DNA of 64,000 nucleotides from Botryllus schlosseri (taxonomy: Eukaryota): the NCBI GenBank assembly GCA_051294905.1, contig CM119372.1, positions 31,002,001 through 31,066,000 of the forward strand. Direction: 5' to 3'. Under the pieces are notes generated by a model. It did no database searches and was not told where the DNA came from. It saw only the letters and a program-made list of their open reading frames with translations. Position 1 is the first letter of the stretch. The number at the start of each line of letters is the position of its first letter. The translations under genes and the position numbers were made by a program. Of the stretch, positions 1 to 13,485 are shown one piece after another.

Positions 1-288
1 TCTGAAAGATTAAAACTACTTCGTCATGGACCATCTCAGGTAAAAGTGTACGTGAATCTACAGGACCACAGACAAAATTGTATTAATATGGAGCTATCAA
101 TTGAATTGCAAGTCATATTGGACAAGGCCAGGCGTACCCAACCTTTTATACAACGCGGCTCCCTTTGAAAATTTTAAAAACTAAACGCCACCCGCTTATC
201 ATGTTAAAACCTTTAAAAAAATCAGAAAAACATCGTATATACAGTTATCGTGTATACAGTTATAGTGGATTGGACATAGGTTATAGAC

Positions 289-1362
289 CAGGGGTTCACA
301 GCCATTTGTTGGCTGTGGCCCATTTTACGGTTTGAAAATGTTCTGTGGCCCACCTCTTTTCAAGTCATAGTGCATTTCAATGTGTGGGAGGCTAATCGCC
401 GCCGATATGGCTATTTCTCTATAGTATACGTATTTTTCTTTTATTACTGTTAAGTGTTCATATTTAAATGTCGATTCGAGGGAACATGAAATCGCGCTGA
501 CGAAAAATTTCAAGGTAAATAAATCCCCAACAGACACCCAACGAAATAATTATTTGCAACTCAGAGCTCTTCCAATTGAGGGTTAGGGGTGCGAAAGTTA
601 CGGCCCTGCAATATCGTGTAACTCTTGCGTGCCTCCTCTGTTCCACTCAACTCGCGAAACCCATAATGATCCAATCTCTGCATTCACTGTGTGATTGGGG
701 GCTCAATTCCACTCTGGGGGGGAATACTAAACCCATTCTGGGCCCGCTTCAAACAATTCTTTGATGAATGGGATACTACAGAGAAGTGGGGATTTTTTTT
801 TGAATATGCTATTATTACAATGTAGGCCTACCTAGTATATGTCTTGTACCTTTTGAAGTCGCGATGTAATAATATCAAATCCAATGATACCACCAATTCG
901 TGTGACTCTTACATTATGTACAGTGATTTCAAGGCCGGAGATTTGTAGACCGACGCCAAAGATTAATGTGCTGTGCCTACTTCTCAATCCATTATGACCC
1001 AGCCGGAATACTTGGATATTTCAGCATTAACTTTCAGTTATTATATCATCGAAATTATTTTCGATGCTGTTGGCCGGAGGTTGTCATTGCTGGGGGTACA
1101 AAAGCCGATATATCCCCACCCATTTCGACTTGTACATTCGTGACTCTATACGTACCACCAAGTCCCATCAGAGTTGGATAAAAAGCTTTATGTAGCATAC
1201 GTATAATTCAATAACATCAATATATATTTTTTAACATATGAACAAAAGAAAAATGCAACTAAACTTTCACGAATTCTACAATTTTCCAAACAGCTCTGTG
1301 GCCCACCCAAATTACTCCTGTGGCCCACTAGTGGGCCATGGCCCACCCTTTGAGAACCCCTG
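289..1362. mobile_element. hAT (Charlie/Buster-type) non-autonomous element
   Basis: Termini CAGGGGTTC...GAACCCCTG, GTGGCCCA subterminal repeats, perfect 8-bp TSD TTATAGAC (281-288, 1363-1370). Confidence 0.85.
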
Positions 1363-1671
1363 TTATAGACAGAGGGTAAATTTAAAAGAATTAGCATTTT
1401 TCAAAATTTTTCATGGCCTCTGAAAAAGGCTCGTGGGGCCCCCTAGGTTGTCATGGCCGACATGTTGGGACTAGGCGTTACAAATTTCGTTTGTGACATC
1501 ACACTATTGGTATCATATTATATGGTAATTGCTGTAAATGTTGGATCCGTCTCAGATTATAAATTTTCCAGTATGCCGTTTGTACCGGTAATGTTGCGGT
1601 GGTGGTGGCTTATCTCAGAAATGAAATCCAACTCCGCGGTTCATGCATACATGTAAATTTGTGCTTTTCAG

Positions 1672-4600
1672 GTCCGAAAATTATAAACACGTCTACTGTC
1701 AACAACACTGCCGAAGTACATGATATAGTGAGTGTCGTTTGCTTACTGTTTATATCTCCATGGTCACATGTCGCATACCTCTGGAATTCTTTGCTTCGAA
1801 GAAACAGCTCATTAATGAATCAACCTGTAACGCTTGGAACAACTTTACGTTGATTTGGTTTTGATATTTATAACCATGACAGACAGTGATATGTATCGGA
1901 GATTAGCATGGATTTGGATTGAAAAGAGGATTTGACGATTTTGGTTAAATTTGGATCAACTTCAGGTTTTTCATTTCATCGAAACTGCCTTTGCATCTCT
2001 GGACAATGGATTTCTAACCATTTTGAGTTTTTCTCCGAGCTATGTGTCATCAGAGTTTGGTCATGATACGCAATTGATTCTAGATTTATACTTAAAACTG
2101 CTAATTCGCCTTATCTCATCTCTGATACACATTATGGAACGGAGCATAGTTTGGGATCTCACTTTCAAGCTTTGTAATACTGCGATTTCTGATTTCATAT
2201 TGGATCTATTACTGCAGAAACTATAAATAAGGATGTGTCATGATCAAGAAATTTTAGGATTTTGTCAACCTGATAAGGTATTTATTCTGTACAGAGATTT
2301 AAATATTGAAAACGACCTTTTGCTCAAGCTGGTACCGTAGATATCTTTGAATATCACTAAATAGTGATACTAAAAACTATCTCAGTTGTGTTTTTTTATA
2401 AATTCTTTTATGTCATTTCCTTTTTCTAGGTTTTAAAACATAACTTTTCATTTTCAAGCTTCGAATGCAAATAATATCCACAGATACTATCTTCCACTCT
2501 CATTTGCGCAGACAAGTATGCATTTTTGATTCACAAATCAGTTGTGAATACCTCATGGATGTGTTTATTGATGGTTGCCAGCGTGCGAATAAGCAGTTAT
2601 TTCGTCCTGCGTTAATATTGTGTCTCAAGAGATTATAATGGATAAACTGGGCTATATTGCCAGGCTCTGTGTTATGTATAAATATGGAAAATCGTTTGCA
2701 TTTATTTACCATTAAATCGATAAATGACTTGAATGAATATCTCGTGATATCTATAATTGATGATGGTGGTTTTGTCATAAAATGTTATTGACTGCAAAGC
2801 CTATGTGGCTGACTTCAGTAGAATATTTATTTAAAATCCTCATGCTGGCATATATATGTTGAGTTCTGCTAACACTCGCAATTCTAGGCCATGTCAATAT
2901 CTGCGTATTCACTAATTTGAGGGAAGGCAAGTCGTTTCTGAAATTTTCAATTTATTTTTAAGATCTTCTCTGATGACATTCGTGGATACGAATCGGAATT
3001 AATTCTGCGCCAGTAGACTATCTGTCTTGTCTGTGCGAGACATAAACTATTCCATAATTCATAATGAAAACCAAGAAAACTTATCCTTTCAAGACAAACG
3101 TGGGGTGACACTTTCTCTCTAATCGGTGCGTCTTATTCCTAGGAACGGGAAAATTGACTTTTCTGATTTATAAATTATTTTCTATCACGACAAATATTAT
3201 ATTAAAATATAGTTTTCTACTCTGAAGGTAGGAGAAATGAAATGTCATCCTGCACTGGGCGATCTTAAATGCCAACTTCAAGGATTACTCAGTAGTAATA
3301 TCCCCACTTTGTTAAGTGCCACAAGTTATTTGAAACAGCCTTGATTCATGATTCTCTTGTATTTTAGACTGACCCGTTCAGACTGGAGTCGCCCGTCTTG
3401 TCAACTTTCAACCAGCAGTTGTGGCTGCTCGCCGACGTGAAGGTCAATCATTCTCCAGGTAAAAGTTGATGCCATATCATTTCTTGCATGGGTGCTCAAC
3501 TGCTCACAGGAGATAGGAATTGAGCATGGATTTTGATTTTGACTCGAAAGAGATGGATTTGAAGACTTAGCCAGATTGAACTTTCAATCATTTTCAATTT
3601 CCATGTGACTATTGAATGAATTTCAGTCATTCACAGATTTGGACGACAGCCACTGTGGCTTAGCGATTACATGTATGATCTCGCAGGCCGCCACTAAGAG
3701 CCCGGCCTGCGGCTAGCAAGTCCAAAGGTTGCTGGCAGGACGGGAATCCGGCTTAAAATTTCAGCACAAATCATTATGCATTGTGCAATCCACTAAGCAC
3801 TTATCCGTTGCGGGTGTGACAACCCCACAATTGGGAGAAGCAGAAAGGGTCCTCATTACCGGATTTGGAGTTGGAAATAATACGGAATGAATCCTCTATT
3901 TTTACATGGACAAGAATAAATCTGCTCACGTCTGCCCCCTCATGTAGGCCTACCATCTCGTCTCTGCCCACCCTGCTACAAATAGGTCTCTCACACTAGA
4001 GATTAACGGATTTAATATTTTCAAATCCAAATCTTGTTTAAAAACATTTGAGATTCGATGCCAAGTCCATATCCGAACTTAAATCCAGCTTTAAAGTAAT
4101 CACTACGGCGATTTTTTTTACCTAAACAAGGAAGATTTAGACCTAAAAATCAAAATTTTGACATTTTTTTACCTTAAAAGACCTAATTTTATCAAAATTT
4201 TGCCCTAGCGAAGGTAGATTAAGTGTTTTCGCATATAATGTTAGAATTGTACTACTTCTCTTCATTTTTGGGTTGAAACTGTCTGTCCTTATGAAGTAGT
4301 TTGGCCTGAAAAAACTTTTTTTGACTTGAAAACTGACAAATTTTTATATGAAAAAACTTTATTCTAACGAAACCTGGACCTATGAAGAGTTCCAGTTGTT
4401 ACATCACGCATAATGGTAGAAATAGTTAAAATCTGTTGTAGTACAACGAAAGATACTTTCCTACATTTCTCGGGTAGCAAGTGTCTGTCACTGTCTGTCA
4501 TTACTAATTAGCTTGTCAAGAATGGAGAAATAATGTTACACAGCAGCAGTTGTTAGCTGGCAACACTGAAGTCGTGCGTAATTATGATTCACAATGAGAA

Positions 4601-7600
4601 GACAATGATCCGTCTACGGGAGGCCTATAAAGTAGACTACAAGCCGAGAAATGTCAAATGATAAGTTCTACGACAGTGAAAATGTCTACGATACAAACGA
4701 AATGCAGGTTGCAAAGTAATTTTGACAATTTTTTGACTCAACACTACAATTTTGACAGAATTTGTTGAAAAGAATCGCCCTAGTAATCACTAATCCCATA
4801 CTAATCTGGCATGAATCTTCATGTCGCCTTTTTCAAATGCTATTCCAAAGCCGAGCTCATCCAAATCTGCAGCATACACCCCGGTTACTCAATAACCTCT
4901 ACTGTAGTGTACTTCAATATCACCGATTGCATTATTACTTCGTAAATTCAGATACGCATATGACCCGGCCGTTCACGTTGGGCGTTCACATCTTCTACGT
5001 GGACGTCGACGCCTCGGGTCACTACGGTATCCGCACGCATAACCGCTCCAGAGTGCTGTCCTGCGACGGGATGAACTGCGACCCGATAGTCGTGCTGCAT
5101 CTTGGCTACTTGCAATACAAGAAGCTCCAGGTTGAAGTCGTGTTTTACGAGCTGAGTGATTTGAAAGAAAAATTCGGCGATGTCTCGTTTGAGGTATTTA
5201 CCTGTACTTTTTAGATCAGTTTCTCATTTGAATGTGAGACTGTAATCTTTGTTAGCTTTGGTGCGCAATTATAAGAACTTCACATCTAACCTGACAGTTT
5301 AAATTCGTTCTATGTCAATCTTGAAATGCCTCTCGTTTTTGCAAAACGAGACAGAAATTGAGAAAAAATTTGCCGTAATATTGTCATGGCTGAAATGTAT
5401 TTGCTCACGAAATCAGTAAAACACATTGGCGACAGAGTTCGTTTACTTTGAGCTAGAATAATTTCAAATTTACAATTTTTTGAACCCCAAGTCAGGAGTT
5501 CTTAAAACTGGTGTCTGCGGACTAGTTTTAGGGGGGTCCGTGAATGGACAGCGTTGAAATACAATCATCAGGTATCTACAAAACCAGATTATCGTTAATT
5601 GGAATTGGATTACCTTGTCTAGTCATAAGTTGGCTGAATTTAGTCTAAATCGTGATTGGGCCACAAAGTAAAGACCTTTTTATCGGCTTCTGAAATTTTG
5701 AGGGTACACAGCAAGACTTTAAGGGGTTCAATGTGAAAAAAGTTTAGGAACCCCTTTCCTGGAAGGTACCGTATTCACCCTATTAAAGGTAAAAGCTACG
5801 ATATTAAACTGAAGAATGAGCAAATAATTGTAGGCAATATTTGATATTAATTTTTAGAGGATTTCAAAAAGGAGTGGTTCTGATTCCCTTGCCCTACTCC
5901 AGATTGGCCGATGAGCTTGAAAGGTTGATGCTGAAACGAGTCATAGCTAATTTGATTGACAAATGACAATACTCACAATACTCATTAGCCTAAATCGGGA
6001 TTGGGCCACTAAGTAAAGACCTTTTTTTCGGCTTTTGAATTTTTCGGGTGTACACGCAAAGTTCCTCAAGACTTTTACAGGTTCAATGACAAAAAAGTTT
6101 AAGAAACCTTGCCCTAAGTGACTGGAAGGTACCATATTCACCCTATTACAGGTAAAAACTACGATTGAATTGATAAAGGAGCAATTAATCGTAGCCAATA
6201 TTTGATATAAATGTTAGGGTTTTCAAAATGGAGTGGATTCTGATTCCCTTGCCCTACTCCAGGTAGGCCGATGAGCTTCTTGTAGGGTTGATGCTGAAAT
6301 GGGTGACAGCTCATTTGATTGACTTATGACAATATCATATATTTGAGTGACATTTGAAGTTCAGGCAGGGTTGTAACCAAGTCACAAGGCACCGAGTCAC
6401 ATATCAATCTCACTTTATAGTTTTGACTCGAGTCATTTTCAATTCACCACCAAGTCAAGTCCGAGTCCAAGTCAGCGAAAAGAGGGTCGAGTCCGAGTCA
6501 CAGTATTATGACTCAAGTCGAGTCCAAGTCATTGTGTTGACTGCTCAGTTTCTTGTAAAAGTCATGTTAAAATCCCACTTTTATGACTCTATTTGGTGGT
6601 ATCGAATGGTTCGATGTTATAATACACCAATTTTCCTCACTTTCAGCAGTTTCTGGTAGCATTTTCAAGTACCAACGGTACCAACAGACGAAATCCCAGT
6701 AGTGTGTTGGCTTTGGAATTACAATGAACTGTCGATCTTGACCGTCTGAGTCTCGAGTGAATGACTTGGCTCGAGTCATGCGCAATGACTCGAGTCCAAG
6801 TCGAGTCAATACACAGATTGACTCGAGTCGAGTCATTTCCATATTTTGAAAAATGACTCGAGTCAAGTCGAGTCATTAGAAAATCATTACTCGAGTCGGA
6901 CTCGAGTCATTACAACCCTGAGTTCAGGTGGGACCAAGTTCGTTCTATCACTCAACAGATTAGTCACTGGAACTATAAAAACGCATCTTTCGTTGTTTCA
7001 CTCAAAAATACTATTCTGTCCCTCAAGATTTTAGTCGCATAAATGATTAAAAGAACTCAAATGAGCCGTTGATCAGTTAATGCACATCCGACCCACATGG
7101 TTGATATTGCGAGTTGTGACCCTCGTATCCTGCGAACTAGCTAATGATATTTCCATTAATCAATGTAGTTTTTGGGCTGGCAATGTCTAGTGCCACAATT
7201 ACCCCTGCTCTACCCCTTAATGTCCGGTATAGTTGTCAATGCTCACTCTGCTATTGTTCCACTGCAGTTCAAGACGTACAATCCCATATTCACACAAGTC
7301 GAGATCTGGTTCCGGTTCGTATTCCTCGTACTTTCCTTTATCGTCACAGTAAGTACTTCTCTTGAGTCTGGTTTAAGCGGCTTCTAAGCGATTGCTTGCA
7401 ATACGTTTCAGTGCATGTTTGTACATTTGCTGCGGCTGTTTCACATGAGAGATTGGACGATCGAACAGAAATGGATCGCCCTTCTGCTTCCGCTGCTGTT
7501 GCTTTACAACGGTAAGTTTGGCCTTCGAATGTTTTTAAGATGTCGGCAGGGAATGGTGCTTTGTAATCCTGTGAGCCGGACATCTTTAGATGGAATTGAG

Positions 7601-10600
7601 TGCGTCATTCACTTCATGGTTCCCAGATCATTTGATTTTATTTTGAAATTGAAATCCTGTCCTAGATTTGAGGTCCAGAAACAAATCCAAAATTTATTCT
7701 CAACTATCCAAGTTCATATCCCGTACTAACTCGGAATCGTTTTGGAAGTCACTGGAGGATCCAATATTTAGAAGTCAATGTTTTGGGTATCATTGGAATT
7801 TTAGGCATGGAACTTTCAAACCACCGTAAGTTCAGTAATCGGTAAAAATTCGTCAGTCTGGAAGTGTATATCGTATGTGCTGTAATCCAGTGCGGTTGTG
7901 TTACCTGTGCCGTCTTTAAAAGCGGAGAGTTAGTGATAGTAAAGGCATGGAGCTAGTTAGCTCTTGGCGAGTTTATGCATCTGATGGCATCTTGTAAGAA
8001 TTCGTCAGTCTGGAAGTGTATATAGTATGTGCTGTAGTCCAGTGCGGTTGTGTTACCTGTTCCGTCTTTAAAAGCGGAGAGTTATTGATAGTAAAGGCAT
8101 GGAGCTAGTTAGCTTTTAGTGATTTCATGCATATGATGATTTGTGGGAAAGCTGGATCCGAAGCATATATTTTAGCCGTAGTCGATGTTTTTCTAACAGC
8201 ATTGATCAGGAGTTGACCGGAATCGGAAGTCTTTTACAGAGTTGCAAAATTATTTCACGAAGACTGGACAATGAACACTGCTTTTGCTACAGGTAGGAAG
8301 ATGAAGAACAGATTAGCGCAGACTAAACTGCAGTGTTGCTGTATCATTTCAAAAAAGGGAGCAACGTCAAAAGTTAGCTTTCAGGTAATAGTTTTCTGGT
8401 AGTTTCAGCATTGAGGTATATTCTTTTTATAATCATATTGTTAGCAGCTCAATAACACAACTATACCCCAAGCTTACTGCAGTCCTAATTTCACTTCTGT
8501 ACTGCTAGTGTCAGCCTGTACCTGTGTGTCTAGTACGACATGCCCATACAGGCCAAGCAGCTCTTTTTACCATGGCAAGAACATAACCAGACATAATCAT
8601 GCCTGAAAAGGCCCTACTTGTTCTAGGAAATCGATGTCAATACGTAGTAGTAGTCCGTTTACTCCATACCATATATATTGTAATATTTTCAGTGAATTTT
8701 ATCAAGTTTGAATTTCAAATTGGCTATTCTTAGTTTTAGGACATCCTAGTAACCGAACTAAATTACAGTTTTCGTATCTTTTACAGTTATTACAGTTCTA
8801 GTATCTTCCCAATTTTATTCAATCTACGCTTTTGCACGTTTCACAACCCAATTTTTGAGATGGGATATACCTACGCCTACAAGAATACTTGTAGCGGTCA
8901 AATACATTAGCTGCGGCTACCAACCAGTGACTGTGGGTTTCATGGACGTCGCAACTTCTACATTTAGCCTGTTGGAAGGACCCAGTGCTAACTAATTACC
9001 TGCTGCCCATCTCCAAGTGATGGTAGAATGGTGCAGGCATATCTACAATGTATATTCTTTTCTTTATAGATCCCATCTTTCCGCTGAGTTTCCTCGTCAA
9101 CAGCTGGGTGCCCGGTTTTATAGACACTCTGTTTCAAGTAAGATCGTATCTGTCTATTACGATAGTAATACCTCTCATTTTTATGTTCCTTCATGTTTTC
9201 AGGCAACCTTCTTATGTACGCTACTCCTATTTTGGCTGTGTGTTTATCACGGCATACGGGCCACGTCAGAAAGAAGGAGATTTATCACGTTCTATTTTCC
9301 CAAACTCATACTCTGCTTTCTGTTATGGCTCGCGGCAGTTGTGCTGGGATCATGGCAGCAGTATGTCGATATTTTTGCAGTAGCTGAGTATCCCGTTTTA
9401 CATTGCCAATCTTTGTCTTCAGATACAATGAGCTTACAGATCCAACATATCAATACAAGTTGGACATTAGGAATTTTACGGTACGTTTGTTCGTAATGTT
9501 TAATTTGTCAGTACAAAGTATTTCTACTTTATCAAGTTGATTTTGCCTACTTCTACAGTTTTTGAAACAAACCTACTTTGTGCTTACCCTTTACACTTTT
9601 AATTTTGTTAAATAGAAAGTAGTTTTCGGAATTGGTTGCACCACTTTTACGAGTGAAATCGTCTGGCAACTGGGGGAACTAACTCCTGTATCATTGTAAC
9701 TGAATGTTTTCAGAAATTGCACTTATATGTAGTGTCGTCAGTCATTTTCTGTCAGTCCTGAAGATGCACCGTGAAAAATAGAAAGTAGCCACCTGCCATT
9801 ATATGGTAAAAACATTGGTGGAGCAGTTAACTATGACCACGGCTTGGCAAAATCGTGTACCCGAGTGGTGTGACTCCCAATTGAGTGTTAGACTTTTAGT
9901 TGAGTATTCGAGTATCACTTAGTATGGTGCTATATCAGCATGGTTGATGACGTTTCCTCACAGAAATATTGTTCCCATAACGTCTGTAGCTTCATGTAAT
10001 GCTTTAGATCAGTGGTTCTCAACCTTTTTTAGACACGCCCCCCTTTTTGATAGTGAAAAATTTCGCGCCCCCCTTATCGTCATATCACAAAATCCAACCG
10101 GGGTGCTGGCAACCCCAACAGATATTTTGATGGCACGGAAAGTTTTGAGTGTTGATGAGAGAATTAAAAAGAATGAAATTCGGTCTGTATAAAGAAACAC
10201 GCGTTAACTGGAGATAAATCGCGCTAAGCGCGAATTTTTTTTCAGTTGACCGTATCTTTCACGACCCCCAGGTTGAGAACCACTGCTTTCGATGCTGCGA
10301 TACGACAAATTGGGGTGGGGTGTCAAGGCTCCCACGGTGGCACGAGAGCATCGAACCTATAATACGCTTTCAAGATACAACTCTGTGTAGTACTAGAAAA
10401 AAGTTGTTTATCATCTACCAGATAGCGTAATGGTGATAGTCCGGCTTCTTGATCGGTAGGTCGTGGGCTCAAACTCCCGGCTGTGTCGGACCAAATACCT
10501 GATTAATAGCACTGGGATTCATGGCTTCCCCGCAAGGCGCTCAGCATTGCCGGGATAACATGGAGGGGTGGTGCAAGACTTAAAAAGCCTTGCAAGGCTA

Positions 10601-13485
10601 TTACTGTGCCTTCGTTGTACGTCATGCACTCATGATATGGCTATGCACAGATTGTGTGTATGTATATCACGAGTCGGTGTTTATGCCGCAAAAGCATCAA
10701 GGACAAAAATATATAACGGCCTATACTGGACTCGATTCATTAGAATTAATACTCTATTTGGATTCGAGTGTCCAGCTCTAACTGTGACATATTGAGATTT
10801 GGTATAGCAAGATCGCCATGTCAAGATTTCATCCTAGCTCGCCGAATCTTTTGCAGGGTATGAAAGTCCTGTTTTTCATCGTGGGCGGGCTGTACATCCT
10901 CTACCTCCTATTCCTGCTCATCCGGGCCTGCACCGAGCTTCGATTGAAGCCCTACTTCAATTTAAGACTCAAGTTTTTAACGTTAATTACAGCTTTTGTT
11001 TTGATTATCAGGTAAGTTTCATTTGTGTCGACTAGATCAGTAAAGCAACTTACGACCATTGTTTTATTTTTACAGCATTGCTATTATCGTACTGAGGTTT
11101 GGTTCCCATGTTCTTCAAGACAATTTCGTCGCGGACATATCGACGCAATACGACAATTATATCCTTTTTGTTACTTTTTGAAGAATGCTAGATTGTGGGC
11201 TTACATCTTCCTGCGGCCTACCGTTAACAGTGCCATGGTTTTTATGGTTAAAGAGATGGTTAACGTCTCTTCTTCAGTGGTCAGTATTGGAATATTTCTT
11301 CTTTTTCAAATGTTATTTTGCCTACTTGCAATACTTAATCAAGTTCTATATTTTTCTAGTACTTCCAACTCTACTCGAACAGATTTTAGGCAGAACTAGG
11401 GACGTTTTCAGTTTGAATGTGAAAAGTAGAGTAGTTTTCAGATAGTATTACATTGCTTGGTGTCATTACAGACTTCCTTGGCCATCAAGTATACAGTGAC
11501 GCCAGTGCCTATAGACTACTACTGGTATCGACTACCCGTAGGTGTTGCCAGAATGGACATTTTGTGGTTAATGGGAATTATATCACAATGCCCAAGTCCA
11601 TTATTTGTAGAATACCATTTCACCCACTGGCTGTAAGTGACTGCAACTACTGGCTAGGCCCGGTTTATTGATAGTAACTATTCATATTTTTGAGACTGCA
11701 TTCCTTGACTGTAAATCTACCAGCGGAATTCGTCTGCTTTTATGCACTGCTAAATTTCTACATGTTTACCATGGCGTTCGTTTATTCGCCTTCAAAGAAC
11801 GCCAAAGAAGGTGAGTTTCATGTAGGCAATAAGTATACTAAGCTGTAGGACTTGTGCTATTCTTGGAACGATCGTACGCCTTTTTCTTGACATCAACTAG
11901 TAATTCTCATTCAAAATACCATATCAACTTACGGTATTTACGATCAAACTCCAGCCCAGTAACAAACTAGTACTTCCTGTCGAACAGGCCTATATAGTAG
12001 TTCGGGACTCGGAACTTATCAGCTTTTTCACCCAAAACTTGACTACTACAGTCCTCATAAATTCAACAAAACTCACCTGCAACTTACTCTCCCTTGCAAC
12101 ATTTGTGAACTGGCCAATGGTGATCGGTCGGCGTTGGCCCCCTGTTTCATTACCCCCTACGTGTGCTCCAAGCTATACCCAGTTTTATGCTTTTAAATTA
12201 CCACTTCATATATGAACGCCTGTTTCATCCGAGCAGTTGATGACGTTACGGGCTTGATTAGTGTGAGTATGGTGAACAATGGTGGCATGTCACACAAGAA
12301 TGCATCTCGGTGCAACGTCACGCATATAAGGACTTGGATGGTGTTAACCGAGATTTGACAGGCTTTGCTCATATGAATTTCTGCCTGCAATAGTAAGGTG
12401 TGCCGTTTTAAAAAGCATTCCGTTCGCATCAGCTGGGGTTGGAGACTCAGTGGGACTAGTCTAAGCTGTCACGTCGTCGCTATGTTCTGCTGTTGATATT
12501 TTGAGAGGGCTAAAATGATTGCATCGATTGAAGTATTCTCGAATGAAGTAAAATAAATCATCTGAGCAAGGTTGTTACCAAGTCGCAAGGTTCCGAGTCA
12601 CAAGTCGATATAATTTTAAGTTTTGACTTGAGTCAATTCAGGGAGAAGTAGGTGGAGTTCGAGCCATAGTTTTATGACTCGAGTCCCGAGATTTTACAGA
12701 TGCCTTTCACTTTTACGGGAGTCCTACGCTTGATCGGCACGCTATCGCATATTTGCATGATTATCATACTATTTTCAATCACGAAAATGTCTGAGAATGA
12801 CAGCATGCACACACGACACACGTAACAGCAGTCGATAGCATTATCCGTATTTTCAATTGATGAGTTAATGCGTTTTTTTCCCTAAAGAATCCGACTTTGA
12901 GAGGCGAGGCGGATTCTCTTTATTGAACGACTCTGACGAGGATGTCCTATACGGGTGAGTACACAGCGGCATGTCTGAATATACAAAATTCGATGTAATA
13001 ATTCTCCATGACATTTTCTTTTTGTGTATTTGTGGTTTCTGGGGGAATTGCGAATTTTGGTGTCTTCATAGTTTAAGGCAGTACGCAAAATTAGTATTTT
13101 AGATTGAGTAGACAGTAGTGTACAAATAATACTACTTGCGTAAGTGAAGAAAGTAGATAAACCTTAGTTGAGTACTACTGCAAAGTAGAAGTACTTCATT
13201 ACTGATTAGCACTAGCTTTTTTAGTGGGAGGGGCCGAGGGGGCGATAAAGACATGTCGAGCAAGATAAGGAGCACAATATGTCAGAAAAGATTTGGGAAC
13301 TGCTTTATATGATCTGGATATAAAAACTAAAAACTGTTAATCAAGACAAGAAAAAATTAAACAATGGTGAAATTAAATGTTATTCGACAATCTAAGTGTC
13401 CTATTTCTACAGGAGCGACTCGGAAGACGTCCCGCTGAGCAACGGCAAGATACGCAAGCCACACTTTTACGAAGATTCCGACTGA
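1672..13485 (+). CDS. TMEM181: Transmembrane protein 181 (Wntless-like family), 5'-partial; 13 coding exons in window
   Basis: Exons 1672-1727, 3368-3458, 4952-5193, 7268-7348, 7412-7511, 9070-9137, 9203-9360, 9423-9480, 10857-11011, 11076-11158, 11721-11810, 12888-12954, 13413-13485 (TGA). Joined length is 1322 nt with consistent phases. The translation carries recognisable TMEM181 blocks: LSTFNQQLWL, HNRSRVLSC, HLGYLQY, FKTYNPIFTQVEIWFRF, MRDWTIEQKW, LLPLLLLYNDPIFPLSFLVNSW, FWLCVYHGIR, GMKVLFF, LRLKFLT, VLQDNFVA, SAEF, AFVYSPSKNA, LNDSDEDVLYGSD. All introns are GT-AG except 11159-11720 (AT-AC). No N-terminal exon was found in the window. Confidence 0.95.
4104..4782. mobile_element. hAT MITE, family A (TAGGGCG termini, CAAAATTTTGAC repeats)
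   Basis: Termini TACGGCGATT...AATCGCCCTA, perfect TSD GTAATCAC (4096-4103, 4783-4790); inverted homologue at 18308-19175. Confidence 0.85.
5642..6340. repeat. Tandem direct duplication, about 345-bp unit x2
   Basis: Blocks GATTGGGCCAC-AAGTAAAGACCTTTT, CTGGAAGGTACC-TATTCACCCTATTA and TCTGATTCCCTTGCCCTACTCCAG each occur twice about 345-365 bp apart. Confidence 0.8.
6366..6920. mobile_element. hAT-like MITE with GACTCGAGTC subterminal repeats
   Basis: Termini CAGGGTTGTAA...TTACAACCCTG, perfect TSD AGTTCAGG (6358-6365, 6921-6928); decayed relatives near 12568-12690 and 17517-17876. Confidence 0.88.
7847..8140. repeat. Tandem duplication, 152-bp unit x2
   Basis: AATTCGTCAGTCTGGAAGTGTATAT...GGCATGGAGCTAGTTAGCT at 7847 and 7999. 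Confidence 0.85.
10010..10285. mobile_element. hAT MITE (CAGTGGTTCTCAACC termini)
   Basis: Perfect 16-bp TIR, TSD CTTTAGAT/CTTTCGAT; inverted relative at 35637-35934. Confidence 0.85.
10418..10600 (+). mobile_element. tRNA-derived SINE, family 1
   Basis: A-box-like TAGCGTAATGG, B-box-like GGCTCAAACTCC, followed by non-tRNA body (GGCTTCCCCGCAAGGCGCTCAGCATT). Confidence 0.6.
11159..11720 (+). other. U12-type (minor spliceosome) AT-AC intron of TMEM181
   Basis: Donor ATATCCTTTT at 11159, branch site TTCCTTGAC at 11701-11709, terminal AC at 11719-11720. Splicing restores ...TQYDN-S-AEFVCFY in frame. Confidence 0.93.

Noticed and set aside
1..39. Possible upstream TMEM181 exon ending CAG|GTAAAA
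   Set aside because: The translation does not resemble the expected hydrophobic TMEM181 N-terminal segment.
6366..6920. Palindromic GACTCGAGTC arrays resembling CRISPR or REP repeats (also 28330-31181)
   Set aside because: There is no repeat-spacer periodicity; the arrays are bounded by TIRs and 8-bp TSDs, so they are MITE subterminal repeats in eukaryotic DNA.
10418..10500. tRNA gene
   Set aside because: A/B boxes are present, but there is no convincing acceptor stem or cloverleaf and the sequence continues into a SINE-like body; the same applies at 54921.
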